Shown: piece after piece, positions 52,401 through 64,000 of the stretch | Layout of the letters: each line of letters begins with the position of its first letter | Position numbering within the stretch: the stretch's first letter is position 1 | Made by a program: the position numbers and the translations under genes | The notes under the pieces: generated by a model | Databases searched by the model: none | The model's input: the letters and a program-made list of their open reading frames with translations, nothing else | Told to the model about the DNA's origin: nothing | NCBI GenBank assembly: GCA_977020255.1 | Contig: CDROCS010000253.1 | Span: 434,001-498,000, forward strand | Source of the DNA: Obrimoposthia wandeli | Taxonomy: Eukaryota | Direction: 5' to 3' | Length of the DNA: 64,000 nucleotides

Positions 52401-53883
52401 AGCCGTTATATCCGTGAAGTTAGTTTCTGGGCCAGGCGTTGGCACAATAGCTTCGGGTGTTGCTAAAGCGTATGCCGATTTTATTACTATTTCAGGTTAC
52501 GACGGTGGCACTGCTGCCAGCCCACTTAGTTCGGTAAAATATGCGGGTTGCCCTTGGGAGCTAGGTTTAGCGGAAGCTCATCAATCATTGGTGACCAATG
52601 GCTTGCGCCATAAAGTTCGCTTACAAGTTGACGGTGGATTAAAAACCGGTGTAGATATTGTTAAGGCCGCTATTTTAGGCGCTGAAAGCTTCGGTTTTGG
52701 TACTGCCCCTATGGTAGCGCTAGGCTGTAAATTTCTCCGTATTTGTCATCTAAATAACTGTGCTACTGGTGTAGCCACTCAAGATGAAGTCTTGCGCGAG
52801 CAATTTTTTAAAGGCTTACCGGATCAAGTAATGAATTATTTTAAATTTATTGCCCGTGAAGTGCGTGAAATATTGGCAAGCCTTGGCGTAAAAAGTTTAA
52901 CTGACATCATTGGTAGAACTGACTTATTAATACAAATTGATGGCATTACCTCTAAGCAAAATAAGTTAGATTTATCACCGATAATCGCGCCGGTTGTTGC
53001 CGGTGAAAATACCGCACTTCATCAAACAGAAGAAAATACTGCCTTTGATAAAGGTCTATTAAATCAGAAGATTTTATCTGCTGCTAGTGAAGCAGTGGCG
53101 CATAGTAAAGGTGGTGAATATCGCTTTACTATTCAAAATACCGATCGCTCTGTCGGGGCTACATTATCGGGTGAAATTGCTCGTCATCACGGCGACCAAG
53201 GCATGGCTTCCTCTCCAATTACCATACATTTTTCAGGTACTGCTGGGCAAAGTTTTGGTGTCTGGAATGCAGGCGGTTTACATATGATTTTAACTGGTGA
53301 TGCCAACGATTATGTCGGTAAAGGTATGGCTGGTGGTAAGCTCACTATCAAACCCCCTGTTGGTGTCGAATACGCTAGCCATGAAACTATGATCATGGGT
53401 AATACTTGTCTCTATGGTGCTACTGGCGGTAAGCTATTCTCTTCTGGCCGTGCTGGCGAACGTTTTGCTGTACGTAACTCAGGTTGCCATGCGGTTATCG
53501 AAGGTACTGGCGATCATGCCTGTGAATATATGACTGGCGGTATCGTCACTATATTAGGCGATACTGGTGTGAATTTTGGTGCGGGTATGACTGGCGGTTT
53601 TGCTTATGTATTAGATAAAGCAGGTGATTTAGATGTTCGCCTGAACAAAGAGTCTATCGAAATGCTTGCTATTGAAGATCTAACAATCCACCAAGAACAT
53701 TTACGTGGCATCATCAATCAACACTTTGAAGAAACGGGTAGTTTACACGCTCATGATATTCTTCATAATTTTGATAAATATGCCCCCTTATTTAAATTAA
53801 TTAAACCAACAGCTACCGACGTAAAAACTTTATTAGGTCACCGTAGTCGTTCTAGTGCTGAACTTCGTGTCCAAGCACAATAA
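49423..53883 (+). CDS. gltB: Glutamate synthase large subunit
   Basis: NCGFG amidotransferase start, HNGEINT, EPWDGP, KVAQGAKPGEGGQL, and the CHLNNCATGVATQ Fe-S motif. Confidence 0.99.
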   Translation: MQLYDHSVQKDNCGFGLIAHQQGETSHKLIKTAISALDRMQHRGGIASDGKTGDGCGLLLQKPDSFFRAVAADNNWKLGKKYAVGMIFLSPDPIEAALSKKVLEEELANESLTLIGWRTVPIDTSVLGEIAIGNLPTIEQVFVDAPPGWRNLELERRLYMARRRAEKRITDEKFYVASLSCLVTIYKGLMMPVDLPNFYLDLADIRMQSAICVFHQRFSTNTSPQWHLAQPFRYLAHNGEINTINGNRQWSRARTHRFKSPLLPDLQDAAPFVGQTGSDSSSLDNMLELFLAGGMDLYRAMRLLMPPAWQNNPLMDDDLRAFYEFNSMHMEPWDGPAGVVMTNGRHVACNLDRNGLRPARYVITRNGFITLASEVGIWDYGEDEVVEKGRVGPGEMLAIDTYTGKISHSSDIDNNLKERHPYREWLTKNIRRLIPFDQLEANLIGQRVFTDAEMNQYHKMFNYSYEEIQQVIRTLAENGQEATGSMGDDTPMAVLSSQTRTLYDYFRQQFAQVTNPPIDPLRERYVMSLGTCIGREHNVFNETSGHADRMLFSTPVLMYTGLKQLRELDPEHYRSDTLTLSFEVEEGLEAAIRRLCDESEKLVRDSGTVILVLSDRNIQPDLLVIPAAMAVGAVQKRLVDQQLRCDSNIIVETGSVRDSHQYAVLLGLGATAIYPYLAFETIEQLVEQGQINLSARDAIVNYREGINKGLLKILSKMGISTIASYRCAGLFEVIGLNEDIMALCFSDLPSRIKGADFSDIQQDAVNLTRKAFLPHQKVNHGGLLKYVHGGEYHAFNPNVVNYLQRAVQNGDYNDYRTFADEVNNRPVATIRDLLKLKDDCEPIELDQVEPESEMFKRFDSAAMSIGALSPEAHEALAIAMNRLGGFSNSGEGGEDERRFGTVKNSRIKQIASGRFGVTPHYLVNADVLQIKVAQGAKPGEGGQLPGDKVSPLIAKLRYSVPGVTLISPPPHHDIYSIEDLAQLIFDLKQVNPKAVISVKLVSGPGVGTIASGVAKAYADFITISGYDGGTAASPLSSVKYAGCPWELGLAEAHQSLVTNGLRHKVRLQVDGGLKTGVDIVKAAILGAESFGFGTAPMVALGCKFLRICHLNNCATGVATQDEVLREQFFKGLPDQVMNYFKFIAREVREILASLGVKSLTDIIGRTDLLIQIDGITSKQNKLDLSPIIAPVVAGENTALHQTEENTAFDKGLLNQKILSAASEAVAHSKGGEYRFTIQNTDRSVGATLSGEIARHHGDQGMASSPITIHFSGTAGQSFGVWNAGGLHMILTGDANDYVGKGMAGGKLTIKPPVGVEYASHETMIMGNTCLYGATGGKLFSSGRAGERFAVRNSGCHAVIEGTGDHACEYMTGGIVTILGDTGVNFGAGMTGGFAYVLDKAGDLDVRLNKESIEMLAIEDLTIHQEHLRGIINQHFEETGSLHAHDILHNFDKYAPLFKLIKPTATDVKTLLGHRSRSSAELRVQAQ

Positions 53884-53907
53884 TTATTACTGTATTAAAA
53901 AATAGAT

Positions 53908-54059
53908 AAGAGCCATTGAAGTGAACAAGCGATACACATGAATCCGTCCATGGAGTTCAACACAAGCATCAGGACAATGTGCTCCTGCATTGTCTAATAA
54001 GGTATATCCGTATACCGACATGCTTGTGAAAATCGCTTTTATCACAATCAATAACTCTT
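53908..54059. repeat. Nested palindromic element in the gltB-gltD spacer
   Basis: aagag/ctctt, attga/tcaat, gtga/tcac, aagcgat/atcgctt and cacaagcat/atgcttgtg enclose two small hairpins. Confidence 0.7.
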
Positions 54060-54114
54060 TCATCAGCCCATTAGTCGCAGCTTTGTCAGCTAATAGGTAG
54101 AGTAGAGGATTTAA

Positions 54115-55545
<1,431 letters not shown>

Positions 55546-55581
55546 TTAACAACGAGATAAATAATTCACAGTAATAACTTG

Positions 55582-55614
55582 AAAAGCTGCCCGTTTATAA
55601 CGTGCAGCTTTTTT
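55582..55614. terminator. Terminator between gltD and the ADH gene
   Basis: aaaagctgc...gcagctttttt. Confidence 0.75.
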
Positions 55615-55645
55615 ATTGCCTCCACTATAATATTAATAGCAGAGG

Positions 55646-56806
55646 TTAATCCCATAATCCTTGGTAAATAGTGATAATTTCATTGATAGAAGGTTCAATA
55701 GGGTTATTCGCTGGTGAGCCCGAAGCCAATGCCTGTTCGGCCATCGTATGGCAAACCTCAAAAAACTCATCACGCTTAATACCAAACTCTTGTGGGGTTG
55801 GCACCACTAATTCATCATTCAACGCACGAAGCTCAATTAATAACTTCTGATTAGCCTCATCATTATTATCTAGATCCGTTGCTATACCCATTGCTCGAGC
55901 GCAATCGGCGTATCGTGCTGGGGCGGCAGATATTGAAAAGGCGGTAACGCTTGGCAATAACATCGCATTAGAGAGGCCGTGAGGAACATGAAAAAAAGCG
56001 CCAATAGGGCGACTCATGCCATGCACTAATGCCACCGATGCGCTAGAGAATGCAACACCCGCTAGTGTCGAACCAAGCATCATGGCTTCACGCGCTTTTT
56101 CATCTCCGCCGTTGTTATAAACTTTGCGTAAATTTGGCCCTATTAGCTTAATTGCGGCAATCGCTTGACTATCGCTATAGGCATTAGCTTTCTTACTAAC
56201 ATAGGCTTCTATGGCGTGTGTTAAGGCATCAATACCCGTATCAGCCGTCGTTCTTGGTGGCAGACTCATCGTTAATTTATAATCAACCAACGCTGCTACC
56301 GGCATAAAGCCGATACCTACACACAGCATTTTCTCATCACTTTTTTCGTCGGTGATAATGGTGAATTTAGTGACTTCAGAGCCAGTACCAGCCGTTGTTG
56401 GTATAGCGATAAGCGGTAAACCTTGTTCTGTAACCATACGAGGAAAACGATAATCCTGCATCACGCCGCCATGCTTAGCTAAAATAGCAATGGCTTTAGC
56501 GCTATCAATTGGACTGCCACCACCTAGCGCAATAATACAGTCATAGTCGCCATTTTTGGCTTTGGCAACACCTACCTGAATAGATACTACCGTCGGCTCT
56601 GGTACCGTATCATCAAAAACATCACAGGCAATATCATGCTGCTGTAGGAGTGCTTGGATAGTGTTGGCATAACCCAATTTAACCATCATTTTGTCAGTAA
56701 CAATTAAAGCCCGATTACAATTAAGGCTAGCTAATACACTAGGTATTTCAAGGCTGGCGCCACTGCCAACTTGCATAATGCGTGGCAATATTATTTGCGA
56801 AGACAT
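55646..56806 (-). CDS. Iron-containing alcohol dehydrogenase
   Basis: GGGSPID, PTTAGTGSE, DALTHAIE, LVHGM, HVPHG. Confidence 0.93.
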   Translation of the reverse strand: MSSQIILPRIMQVGSGASLEIPSVLASLNCNRALIVTDKMMVKLGYANTIQALLQQHDIACDVFDDTVPEPTVVSIQVGVAKAKNGDYDCIIALGGGSPIDSAKAIAILAKHGGVMQDYRFPRMVTEQGLPLIAIPTTAGTGSEVTKFTIITDEKSDEKMLCVGIGFMPVAALVDYKLTMSLPPRTTADTGIDALTHAIEAYVSKKANAYSDSQAIAAIKLIGPNLRKVYNNGGDEKAREAMMLGSTLAGVAFSSASVALVHGMSRPIGAFFHVPHGLSNAMLLPSVTAFSISAAPARYADCARAMGIATDLDNNDEANQKLLIELRALNDELVVPTPQEFGIKRDEFFEVCHTMAEQALASGSPANNPIEPSINEIITIYQGLWD

Positions 56807-57190
56807 AGAAATAGTTCCTTATTACAAATTATATTATTTAAGATGCTTAATATAAACGCATCTAGATAATTAACAACTCAGGTTAACAATACATTGCGAG
56901 TAGGCTATTTAATACGCCCACATCGAAAAATAAACAATTAAGGCGTAATAGCCGATAGTTACATCAGGTAACTTATATACCTTAATTGATTATGCTATTG
57001 GACAGAGTCAGCCATTTATTGGTGGCAGTCTAACGGGTGATAATGATGAAACCAATAGCCGTTTAAATATTAACTTTGGTTATTATTTTTAACTATACAA
57101 CTTAAACTTTCTTGTTGTCTTCCAAACTCTATGCAAAACCAATCAGACAAACGATTGTTTTTTTTGATTTTCAGCTAGTAATCTTAATAA

Positions 57191-57527
57191 ACTCTTTGGT
57201 GCGTAGAGAGGAAGTTAGCTATCAGTTGTCCTTTAGGTCAACTGATAGTCAATAGCTGTCCTTAGGTTTAATGCTTATAAGGGCAACTTGGAGCACTTTG
57301 AAGTCTTTCCGATGCGATTACTTGAATGACCTCAAGTGCCTTAGTTGCCTGTCAGGATAAAGGTAACTCTATGTCTCTGAGCGTTCTAAACAGCCTAGAA
57401 AACTATTGGTGCTTACGACCCTTTAGTCGGATCACTTGTCGTTAGGTAAACCAAGGTCAACGTCTATATCGTATCAAAGGGAACATAAAACAGGGTGGTT
57501 TTGACCAGTGAATTAGGTCAGTTTTTT
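57191..57527 (+). ncRNA. Putative structured RNA (~335 nt) containing a 24-codon ORF
   Basis: A 12-bp 5'-3' closing helix, several internal hairpins, a terminal hairpin plus T6, and an upstream TTGTTT-18-TAATCT. I recognise no known family. Confidence 0.6.
57371..57445 (+). CDS. Putative small peptide MSLSVLNSLENYWCLRPFSRITCR
   Basis: AGGATAAAGGT lies just before the ATG at 57371; TAG at 57443-45. Confidence 0.35.
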   Translation: MSLSVLNSLENYWCLRPFSRITCR

Positions 57528-57652
57528 GGCATTAGGGATCATGGTTAACTTCAATCTAATTTAGTAATTACTAATCTCAAATATTATGCCTAGTCCCAGA
57601 TATATAAATTATTACTTTAATACGTAGTTATCTTAATAAGGGTCAGAATAAT

Positions 57653-57685
57653 AAAAAAGGGTACGTTAATAACGTACCCTTTTTT
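57653..57685. terminator. Terminator of folA (bidirectional form)
   Basis: aaaaaagggtacgtt-aat-aacgtaccctttttt. Confidence 0.88.
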
Positions 57686-57744
57686 CTTTTCACAACTTGG
57701 CGTATATCTAAAAAAGTTTAATAATTGAGTCCACTCAAGTCTTT

Positions 57745-58257
57745 CTAGTTAGCTATTCGTTCGTAAACACAAAAATCTAATTGATGGACATTCTTTTCAT
57801 CGCTGTCTCGAAGCTCACTACTTATTTTTTGCCAACTGCCATCATCATAATGGGGGAATTGGGTGTCTCCATCAATGGCAGCCTTAATATGAGTAATATA
57901 TAAACGGTCTGCTTTTGGTAGGCAATGCGCATAAATTGCGCCGCCGCCAATCACCATAATTTCGTCAGCACCTTCACTACCATCGCGGCCATCAACTAAG
58001 GCCAGTGCTTGCTCTACTGAGGTAACGCTATCAATACCCTTAGCTTGGTAGTTTTCATCACGGGATATCACAATATTACGACGACCTGGTAAAGGCCTGC
58101 CAATGGACTCAAACGTTTTACGTCCCATAATAATAGGTTTACCTAAAGTAACCTTTTTAAAATAGGCTAAATCTGCGGGCAAGTGCCAAGGCATATCATT
58201 GTCTTTGCCAATTATATTGTTATCAGCCGTTGCAACTATCATCGATAAAATGGTCAT
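57745..58257 (-). CDS. folA: Dihydrofolate reductase
   Basis: IIGKDNDMPWHLPADL, MGRKTFESIGRPLPGRRN, IGGG, GDTQFP. Confidence 0.98.
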   Translation of the reverse strand: MTILSMIVATADNNIIGKDNDMPWHLPADLAYFKKVTLGKPIIMGRKTFESIGRPLPGRRNIVISRDENYQAKGIDSVTSVEQALALVDGRDGSEGADEIMVIGGGAIYAHCLPKADRLYITHIKAAIDGDTQFPHYDDGSWQKISSELRDSDEKNVHQLDFCVYERIAN

Positions 58258-58358
58258 ACAAAACTCTCAAAATTATTTTCTGCTTTATCACGAGAAAAAG
58301 GTAAAAAAAAAGCACTGGTTCATATAAATAAACAAGTGCTTAATATTAACAGGTAATG

Positions 58359-59528
<1,170 letters not shown>

Positions 59529-59625
59529 TCAATAACCCTAATATGGTAAGTCTTTTACAATTACCGCTAGTATAAACTATTTTTGACTGACTAAAAATGA
59601 ATCTCTACTCTGTCAAAAAAAAACT

Positions 59626-59657
59626 AAAAAAAAACCTCGCTATGAAGCGAGGTTTTT
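59626..59657 (-). terminator. Terminator after rpmA
   Basis: aaaaaaaacctcgc-tatgaa-gcgaggttttt. Confidence 0.8.
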
Positions 59658-59674
59658 GGAGTGTTAAGTTGTTA

Positions 59675-59932
59675 TTAGTCAGCGATGATGCTAACAAACT
59701 TACGACTCTTTGGACCTTTAACTTCAAATTGTACTTTACCGTCAGATAAAGCAAATAAAGTATGATCTTTACCGATACCCATGTTGCTACCAGCGTGGAA
59801 ACGAGTTCCACGTTGACGAACAATAATGTTACCAGCTAAAACAGATTCACCACCAAAGCGTTTAACACCTAGGCGTTTTGCTTCTGAATCGCGACCATTT
59901 CGAGTACTACCCGCAGCTTTCTTATGTGCCAT
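59675..59932 (-). CDS. rpmA: 50S ribosomal protein L27
   Basis: [22 protein letters not shown]. Confidence 0.99.
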   Translation of the reverse strand: MAHKKAAGSTRNGRDSEAKRLGVKRFGGESVLAGNIIVRQRGTRFHAGSNMGIGKDHTLFALSDGKVQFEVKGPKSRKFVSIIAD

Positions 59933-59947
59933 GTCTAAATGCTCCTA

Positions 59948-60259
59948 TTAGCCGTTAATACCAGTAATTTTCACTTCAGTGAACCATTGACGATGGCCCG
60001 CTTGCTTGCGTGAATGCTTACGACGTTTAAATTTAACGATAGTAACTTTAGGAGCACGAGCTTGTGTAACAACCTCAGCAACTACTTTACCACCAGCAAC
60101 GTAAGGCGCGCCTACATTGATGTTATCGCCATTAGCGATCATTAAAACGTTATCAAATTCTACTGTTGCGCCTACTTCAAGCTCAAGCTTTTCTAGACGA
60201 ACTGTTTGTCCTTCGGTTACACGATGCTGTTTACCACCGCTTTGGAATACCGCGTACAT
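59948..60259 (-). CDS. rplU: 50S ribosomal protein L21
   Basis: [14 protein letters not shown]...[11 protein letters not shown]; start at the ATG at 60259. Confidence 0.99.
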   Translation of the reverse strand: MYAVFQSGGKQHRVTEGQTVRLEKLELEVGATVEFDNVLMIANGDNINVGAPYVAGGKVVAEVVTQARAPKVTIVKFKRRKHSRKQAGHRQWFTEVKITGING

Positions 60260-60545
60260 AGCTACTCCGTACTGCGTCATTATATATGTGACGCTAATTT
60301 TAAAAAATATAGGTCGCGAATTCTACTCGAAGAAAAGAACAAGGGCAAGTCTAAAAGCGATCATTTATTAACTTTATTGACCATTTATGCTTTTTAATTA
60401 CTTTTACGTTAAGAAATTAGAACAAAGCCACCAGAAAGCTACTTTTGCCTAAAATTTAGTGTAAACTTTGCCATCTCAACTAATTGAATACTTTTGATTA
60501 TTATCTAGTCAAGATAAGCAATCAAAATAGCTAAAGAAAAGTGGT

Positions 60546-61529
60546 ATGGGCAATAAAGAAGATATTAAAGCAATACAGGCATTAGCACAAAGCGATATGA
60601 CAGCAGTAAATGATCTTATTTATGATCAATTACAATCTGATGTCGCACTCATTAATCAGCTCGGTATATATATTGTTAACGGTGGCGGTAAGCGTATGCG
60701 CCCTATGTTAACGGTTCTTGCTGCTAGAGCATTCGCGTACCAAGGTGAACAACATTGGGAAATTGCGGCAATTATTGAGTTTATTCATACGGCAACTTTA
60801 CTCCATGATGATGTCGTCGATGAGTCAAATATGCGCCGTGGTAGAGAAACCGCCAATGCTTTATTTGGCAATAGTGCTAGCGTATTAGTCGGTGATTTTC
60901 TTTATACTCGCTCTTTCCAAATGATGACTAAACTCGGTGATATGCGCATTATGGATATTTTATCAGAGGCCACTAATATAGTTGCCGAAGGTGAAGTATT
61001 ACAGTTAATGAACTGCAATGATGCAAGCACTACCGAAGAAAGCTATATGCAGGTCATTTATTGTAAAACAGCTAAATTGTTTGAAGCAGCAACACGCCTT
61101 GCTGCCGTAATAGCGAAACAAGATGATAAAATAGAACAAGCGATGGCTGATTATGGTAAGTACTTAGGTACCGCATTCCAGTTAGTTGATGACATTATGG
61201 ATTATACTGCTGATGCTAAAGAAATGGGCAAAAATGTCGGTGATGATCTTGCTGAAGGTAAACCAACATTACCATTACTATATGCCATGAAGCACGGTAA
61301 TGATGCCCAACAAAAATTAATTAAAGAAGCCATTGAACTTGGTAATGGTATGGATAACCTTGAATTGATTCTTGCAGCGATGGAAGAAACAGGCTCTTTA
61401 CGTTATACCCAGAAACAAGCTGAAATTGAAGCAGACAAGGCCATTAAGGCACTCGATATCATTGCTGATAGTGAACACAAGCAAGCACTCATTGCCTTGG
61501 CTCATATCGCTGCTAATCGAAGTCATTAA
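60546..61529 (+). CDS. ispB: Octaprenyl diphosphate synthase
   Basis: GGKRMRP, LLHDDVVD, FQLVDD, GDDLAEGK; divergent from rplU as in E. coli. Confidence 0.97.
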   Translation: MGNKEDIKAIQALAQSDMTAVNDLIYDQLQSDVALINQLGIYIVNGGGKRMRPMLTVLAARAFAYQGEQHWEIAAIIEFIHTATLLHDDVVDESNMRRGRETANALFGNSASVLVGDFLYTRSFQMMTKLGDMRIMDILSEATNIVAEGEVLQLMNCNDASTTEESYMQVIYCKTAKLFEAATRLAAVIAKQDDKIEQAMADYGKYLGTAFQLVDDIMDYTADAKEMGKNVGDDLAEGKPTLPLLYAMKHGNDAQQKLIKEAIELGNGMDNLELILAAMEETGSLRYTQKQAEIEADKAIKALDIIADSEHKQALIALAHIAANRSH

Positions 61530-61581
61530 TGTTATAATCACTACGAATGAATTAGCTAATTCGCTCTCAAAATTAGCACAT

Positions 61582-61618
61582 AAAAAAACGCTGTTATCAA
61601 TCGACAACAGCGTTTTTT
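61582..61618. terminator. Bidirectional terminator between ispB and mdh
   Basis: aaaaaaacgctgtt...aacagcgtttttt. Confidence 0.85.
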
Positions 61619-61638
61619 ATTGGGTGTTTTATGGCTGC

Positions 61639-62574
61639 TTAGCTAGCCATAAAATCAACACCTTCTTGAATATCTTTTTTCAAGGTAGCAAGCATGTCTT
61701 CTTTTGCTTTTTGTTCAAAAGCACTTAACTCACCGTAAGGTAAAATTTCGCTTACACCGTTAACGCCTAAACGTACTGGTTGTGCGAAAAATTGTGCATC
61801 AGCACCGTTACCTTCAACATAAGCGTAATCTACAACATCTTCACCTTGTAGGCCTTTAACTAAAGACATACAAAAACGTGCTGCTGCTGCGCCCATTGAA
61901 AGTGTAGCAGAACCGCCACCCGCTTTTGCTTCAACTACTTCAGTACCTGCATTTTGGATGCGAGGAGTAAGTGCTGCAACTTCTTCATCTGAGAAAGTAG
62001 CACCTTCAACTTGAGATAGTAATGGTAAAATAGTTGTGCCTGAGTGACCACCAATTACTGGTACTTTAACTGTAGCAACATCTAAGCCTTTCAGTTCAGC
62101 AACAAAAGCTTCACTACGGATAACATCTAAAGTAGTCACACCGAAAAGGCGAGCAGCATCATAAGTACCCGCTTTTTTGAATACTTCAGCAACAATTGGC
62201 ACAGTACCGTTAACTGGGTTAGTAATTACACCTACCAACGCTTTAGGACAGCTAGCAACAATGCCTTCAGCCAATACTTTAATAATACCAGCATTTACAT
62301 TGAACAAATCAGCACGGTCCATACCTGGCTTACGTGGCATACCTGCTGGGATCAAAACGATATCAGCACCTGCTAACGCACCGTTAAGGTCGTCACGACC
62401 AAAACCAGCAACTTTAACATCAGTTGGGATGTGTGATAAATCTACCGCAACACCTGGAACAACAGGTGCAACATCATATAAAGACAACTCAGATCCTGCT
62501 GGTAATTGAGTTTTCAATAATAATGATAATGCTTGACCAATACCGCCTGCGGCGCCTAAAACAGCTACTTTCAT
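61639..62574 (-). CDS. mdh: Malate dehydrogenase
   Basis: [32 protein letters not shown]. Confidence 0.99.
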   Translation of the reverse strand: MKVAVLGAAGGIGQALSLLLKTQLPAGSELSLYDVAPVVPGVAVDLSHIPTDVKVAGFGRDDLNGALAGADIVLIPAGMPRKPGMDRADLFNVNAGIIKVLAEGIVASCPKALVGVITNPVNGTVPIVAEVFKKAGTYDAARLFGVTTLDVIRSEAFVAELKGLDVATVKVPVIGGHSGTTILPLLSQVEGATFSDEEVAALTPRIQNAGTEVVEAKAGGGSATLSMGAAAARFCMSLVKGLQGEDVVDYAYVEGNGADAQFFAQPVRLGVNGVSEILPYGELSAFEQKAKEDMLATLKKDIQEGVDFMAS

Positions 62575-62814
62575 GTGATTTCTCCGAAACTAAGTGGGGG
62601 TTATTTGTTGTAAAATTTATGATTAAAATATTATTCGAGTAAATACGTTAATTTTTTGCTGACCAAAAGATATAGCATAAGTAAGTAAAAAACAATTGTT
62701 ATACTCTTTTACTCAGATATTAACTTTCAGTATTAGGATGCGATAACGTATACTAGCTTTATTTATACTGATTACAAACGCCACTTTAGTCTACTACAGG
62801 GTTGATTACGCATT

Positions 62815-63288
62815 ATGAGCGGTTTACAAAAACAAGAAGCACTCGTACAAGAATTTAAAGATTTACTAAAACAAGAACAGTTTGGCTCTCAAGGTGAAAT
62901 CGTTGATGCACTCAAAGCCAATGGATTTGACAATATCAGTCAATCAAAAATATCTCGTATGCTCAGTAAATTTGGTGCAGTAAGAACCCGAAATGCTCGC
63001 CAAGAAATGGTCTATTGTTTACCTGCTGAATTAGGCGTACCGACCGCACAAAGCCCACTTAAGCAGTTGGTATTAGAAATAGAACATAACGAAGTAATGA
63101 TCATCATTCAAACGAGTCCCGGTGCTGCGCAATTAATTGCCCGACTACTTGATAGTTTAAGTAAAAGTGATGGTGTACTTGGCACAATTGCTGGAGATGA
63201 TACTATTTTCATTGCACCTAGTGATGTGAGTAAAATCAATGAAACCATCAAAAAATTAGAACAACTTTTCTCTAAAAACTTAAGCTAA
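62815..63288 (+). CDS. argR: Arginine repressor
   Basis: [17 protein letters not shown]; divergent from mdh. Confidence 0.98.
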   Translation: MSGLQKQEALVQEFKDLLKQEQFGSQGEIVDALKANGFDNISQSKISRMLSKFGAVRTRNARQEMVYCLPAELGVPTAQSPLKQLVLEIEHNEVMIIIQTSPGAAQLIARLLDSLSKSDGVLGTIAGDDTIFIAPSDVSKINETIKKLEQLFSKNLS

Positions 63289-63328
63289 AATTTACGCTTA
63301 AAGTTAACCCTAAAACATAGGGGATAGC

Positions 63329-64000
63329 TTAAACTTTTATTTCACTTAGCACTTTTTTTATGCTGCTAAGCAATGTTTGTCCGGTAACGGGTTTAGGCAT
63401 ATGCAAGTTCATTCCGGCTGCTAAACTTTGTTGTTTATCTTCCTCTCGGGCATGAGCTGTCATGGCGATGATGGGTAAATGTTGATACTTTTTTTGCGAT
63501 CTAATATGTTTAGCTGCGGTAAGTCCATCCATAATGGGCATTTGAATATCCATTAATACAACATCAAAATCATGTTCTGCTAAGATATCTAAAGCCCCTT
63601 GACCGTTATCAGCTATAATCACTTTAGCCTGCATACTCAATAACAACTCTTTAGCGACTAATTGATTAACTAAGTTATCCTCCACCAACAAAACAGACAC
63701 GCCTTGTAAATTCTCTCCACCCTTTGTAATTAAGCTCCCTTTGCTATTCACTGTTGCTGTTGTATTAATAACGCCATCTCTATGATCCTGATAATGATTA
63801 GTGCTTACTCTTAAAACGTTATTCTGTTGAGCTGAGTGCTCTACTTTATAAAATAACGCTTGTGCTATTTGGTCAAGCGCATAACGAAACAAAGGCATAT
63901 CAACTAAAAGGTAAGGTGTAGACAGCTGATCTAAATAGTTACACGTTTCATTGTTCAGTTGCGTTAATGCCGGCTGGCACAAACAGAGTAATTTAAACTT
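63329..64000 (-). CDS. C-terminal part of a hybrid kinase/response regulator (5' end outside the window)
   Basis: Receiver domain (LLVEDNLVNQ, LMDIQMP, AMTA, KP). The frame stays open from 63982 to the window edge. Confidence 0.85.
   Translation of the reverse strand, partial: KFKLLCLCQPALTQLNNETCNYLDQLSTPYLLVDMPLFRYALDQIAQALFYKVEHSAQQNNVLRVSTNHYQDHRDGVINTTATVNSKGSLITKGGENLQGVSVLLVEDNLVNQLVAKELLLSMQAKVIIADNGQGALDILAEHDFDVVLMDIQMPIMDGLTAAKHIRSQKKYQHLPIIAMTAHAREEDKQQSLAAGMNLHMPKPVTGQTLLSSIKKVLSEIKV

Noticed and set aside
57191-57527. Reading the structured RNA as RNase P, a glycine riboswitch, a group II intron, a retron or CsrB
   Set aside because: Only fragments resemble these (GAGGAAG, GTGCG, TCAGG..AAAGG). 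The defining pairings, domain V, an RT gene and multiple GGA loops are absent.
62580-62814. ARG boxes at argR (also sought upstream of gltB)
   Set aside because: No 14-bp TGMAT-N4-ATKCA match with correct spacing.

Overview
This is a 64 kb stretch of AT-rich, mostly core gammaproteobacterial chromosome. Gene content and style point to Alteromonadales, Colwellia-like (inference). In order, it holds: dciA/DUF721; a complete minus-strand dcw cluster (mraZ-rsmH-ftsL-ftsI-murE-murF-mraY-murD-ftsW-murG-murC-ddl-ftsQ-ftsA-ftsZ-lpxC); an accessory block (acyl-CoA dehydrogenase, transglutaminase-like protein, DyP peroxidase, TPR hybrid kinase operon, a frameshifted pseudogene, an RND pump pair, cvfB, a Zur-boxed RAPP-uORF plus His-rich TonB receptor, a TraF-like barrel); a lysine-riboswitch operon (dapD-like, divergent lysA-like, M14 desuccinylase-like); rsmC; kinase-arcA-hpt; folE2; gltBD; an Fe-ADH; folA-obgE-rpmA-rplU; ispB; mdh; argR; and the cut end of a response-regulator-domain gene. 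I found no rRNA, tRNA, CRISPR array, transposase or phage genes. The four most interesting signals are: (1) the riboswitch-led three-gene lysine module, which could be a DapE/DapF-independent route; (2) an ERIC-like MITE inserted exactly in the P5 loop of that riboswitch; (3) an unannotated ~335-nt structured RNA with a 24-codon ORF between the ADH gene and folA; (4) a Zur-controlled RAPP arrest-type uORF upstream of a ZnuD-like receptor. All pairings and counts were done by eye, with no folding or database search.
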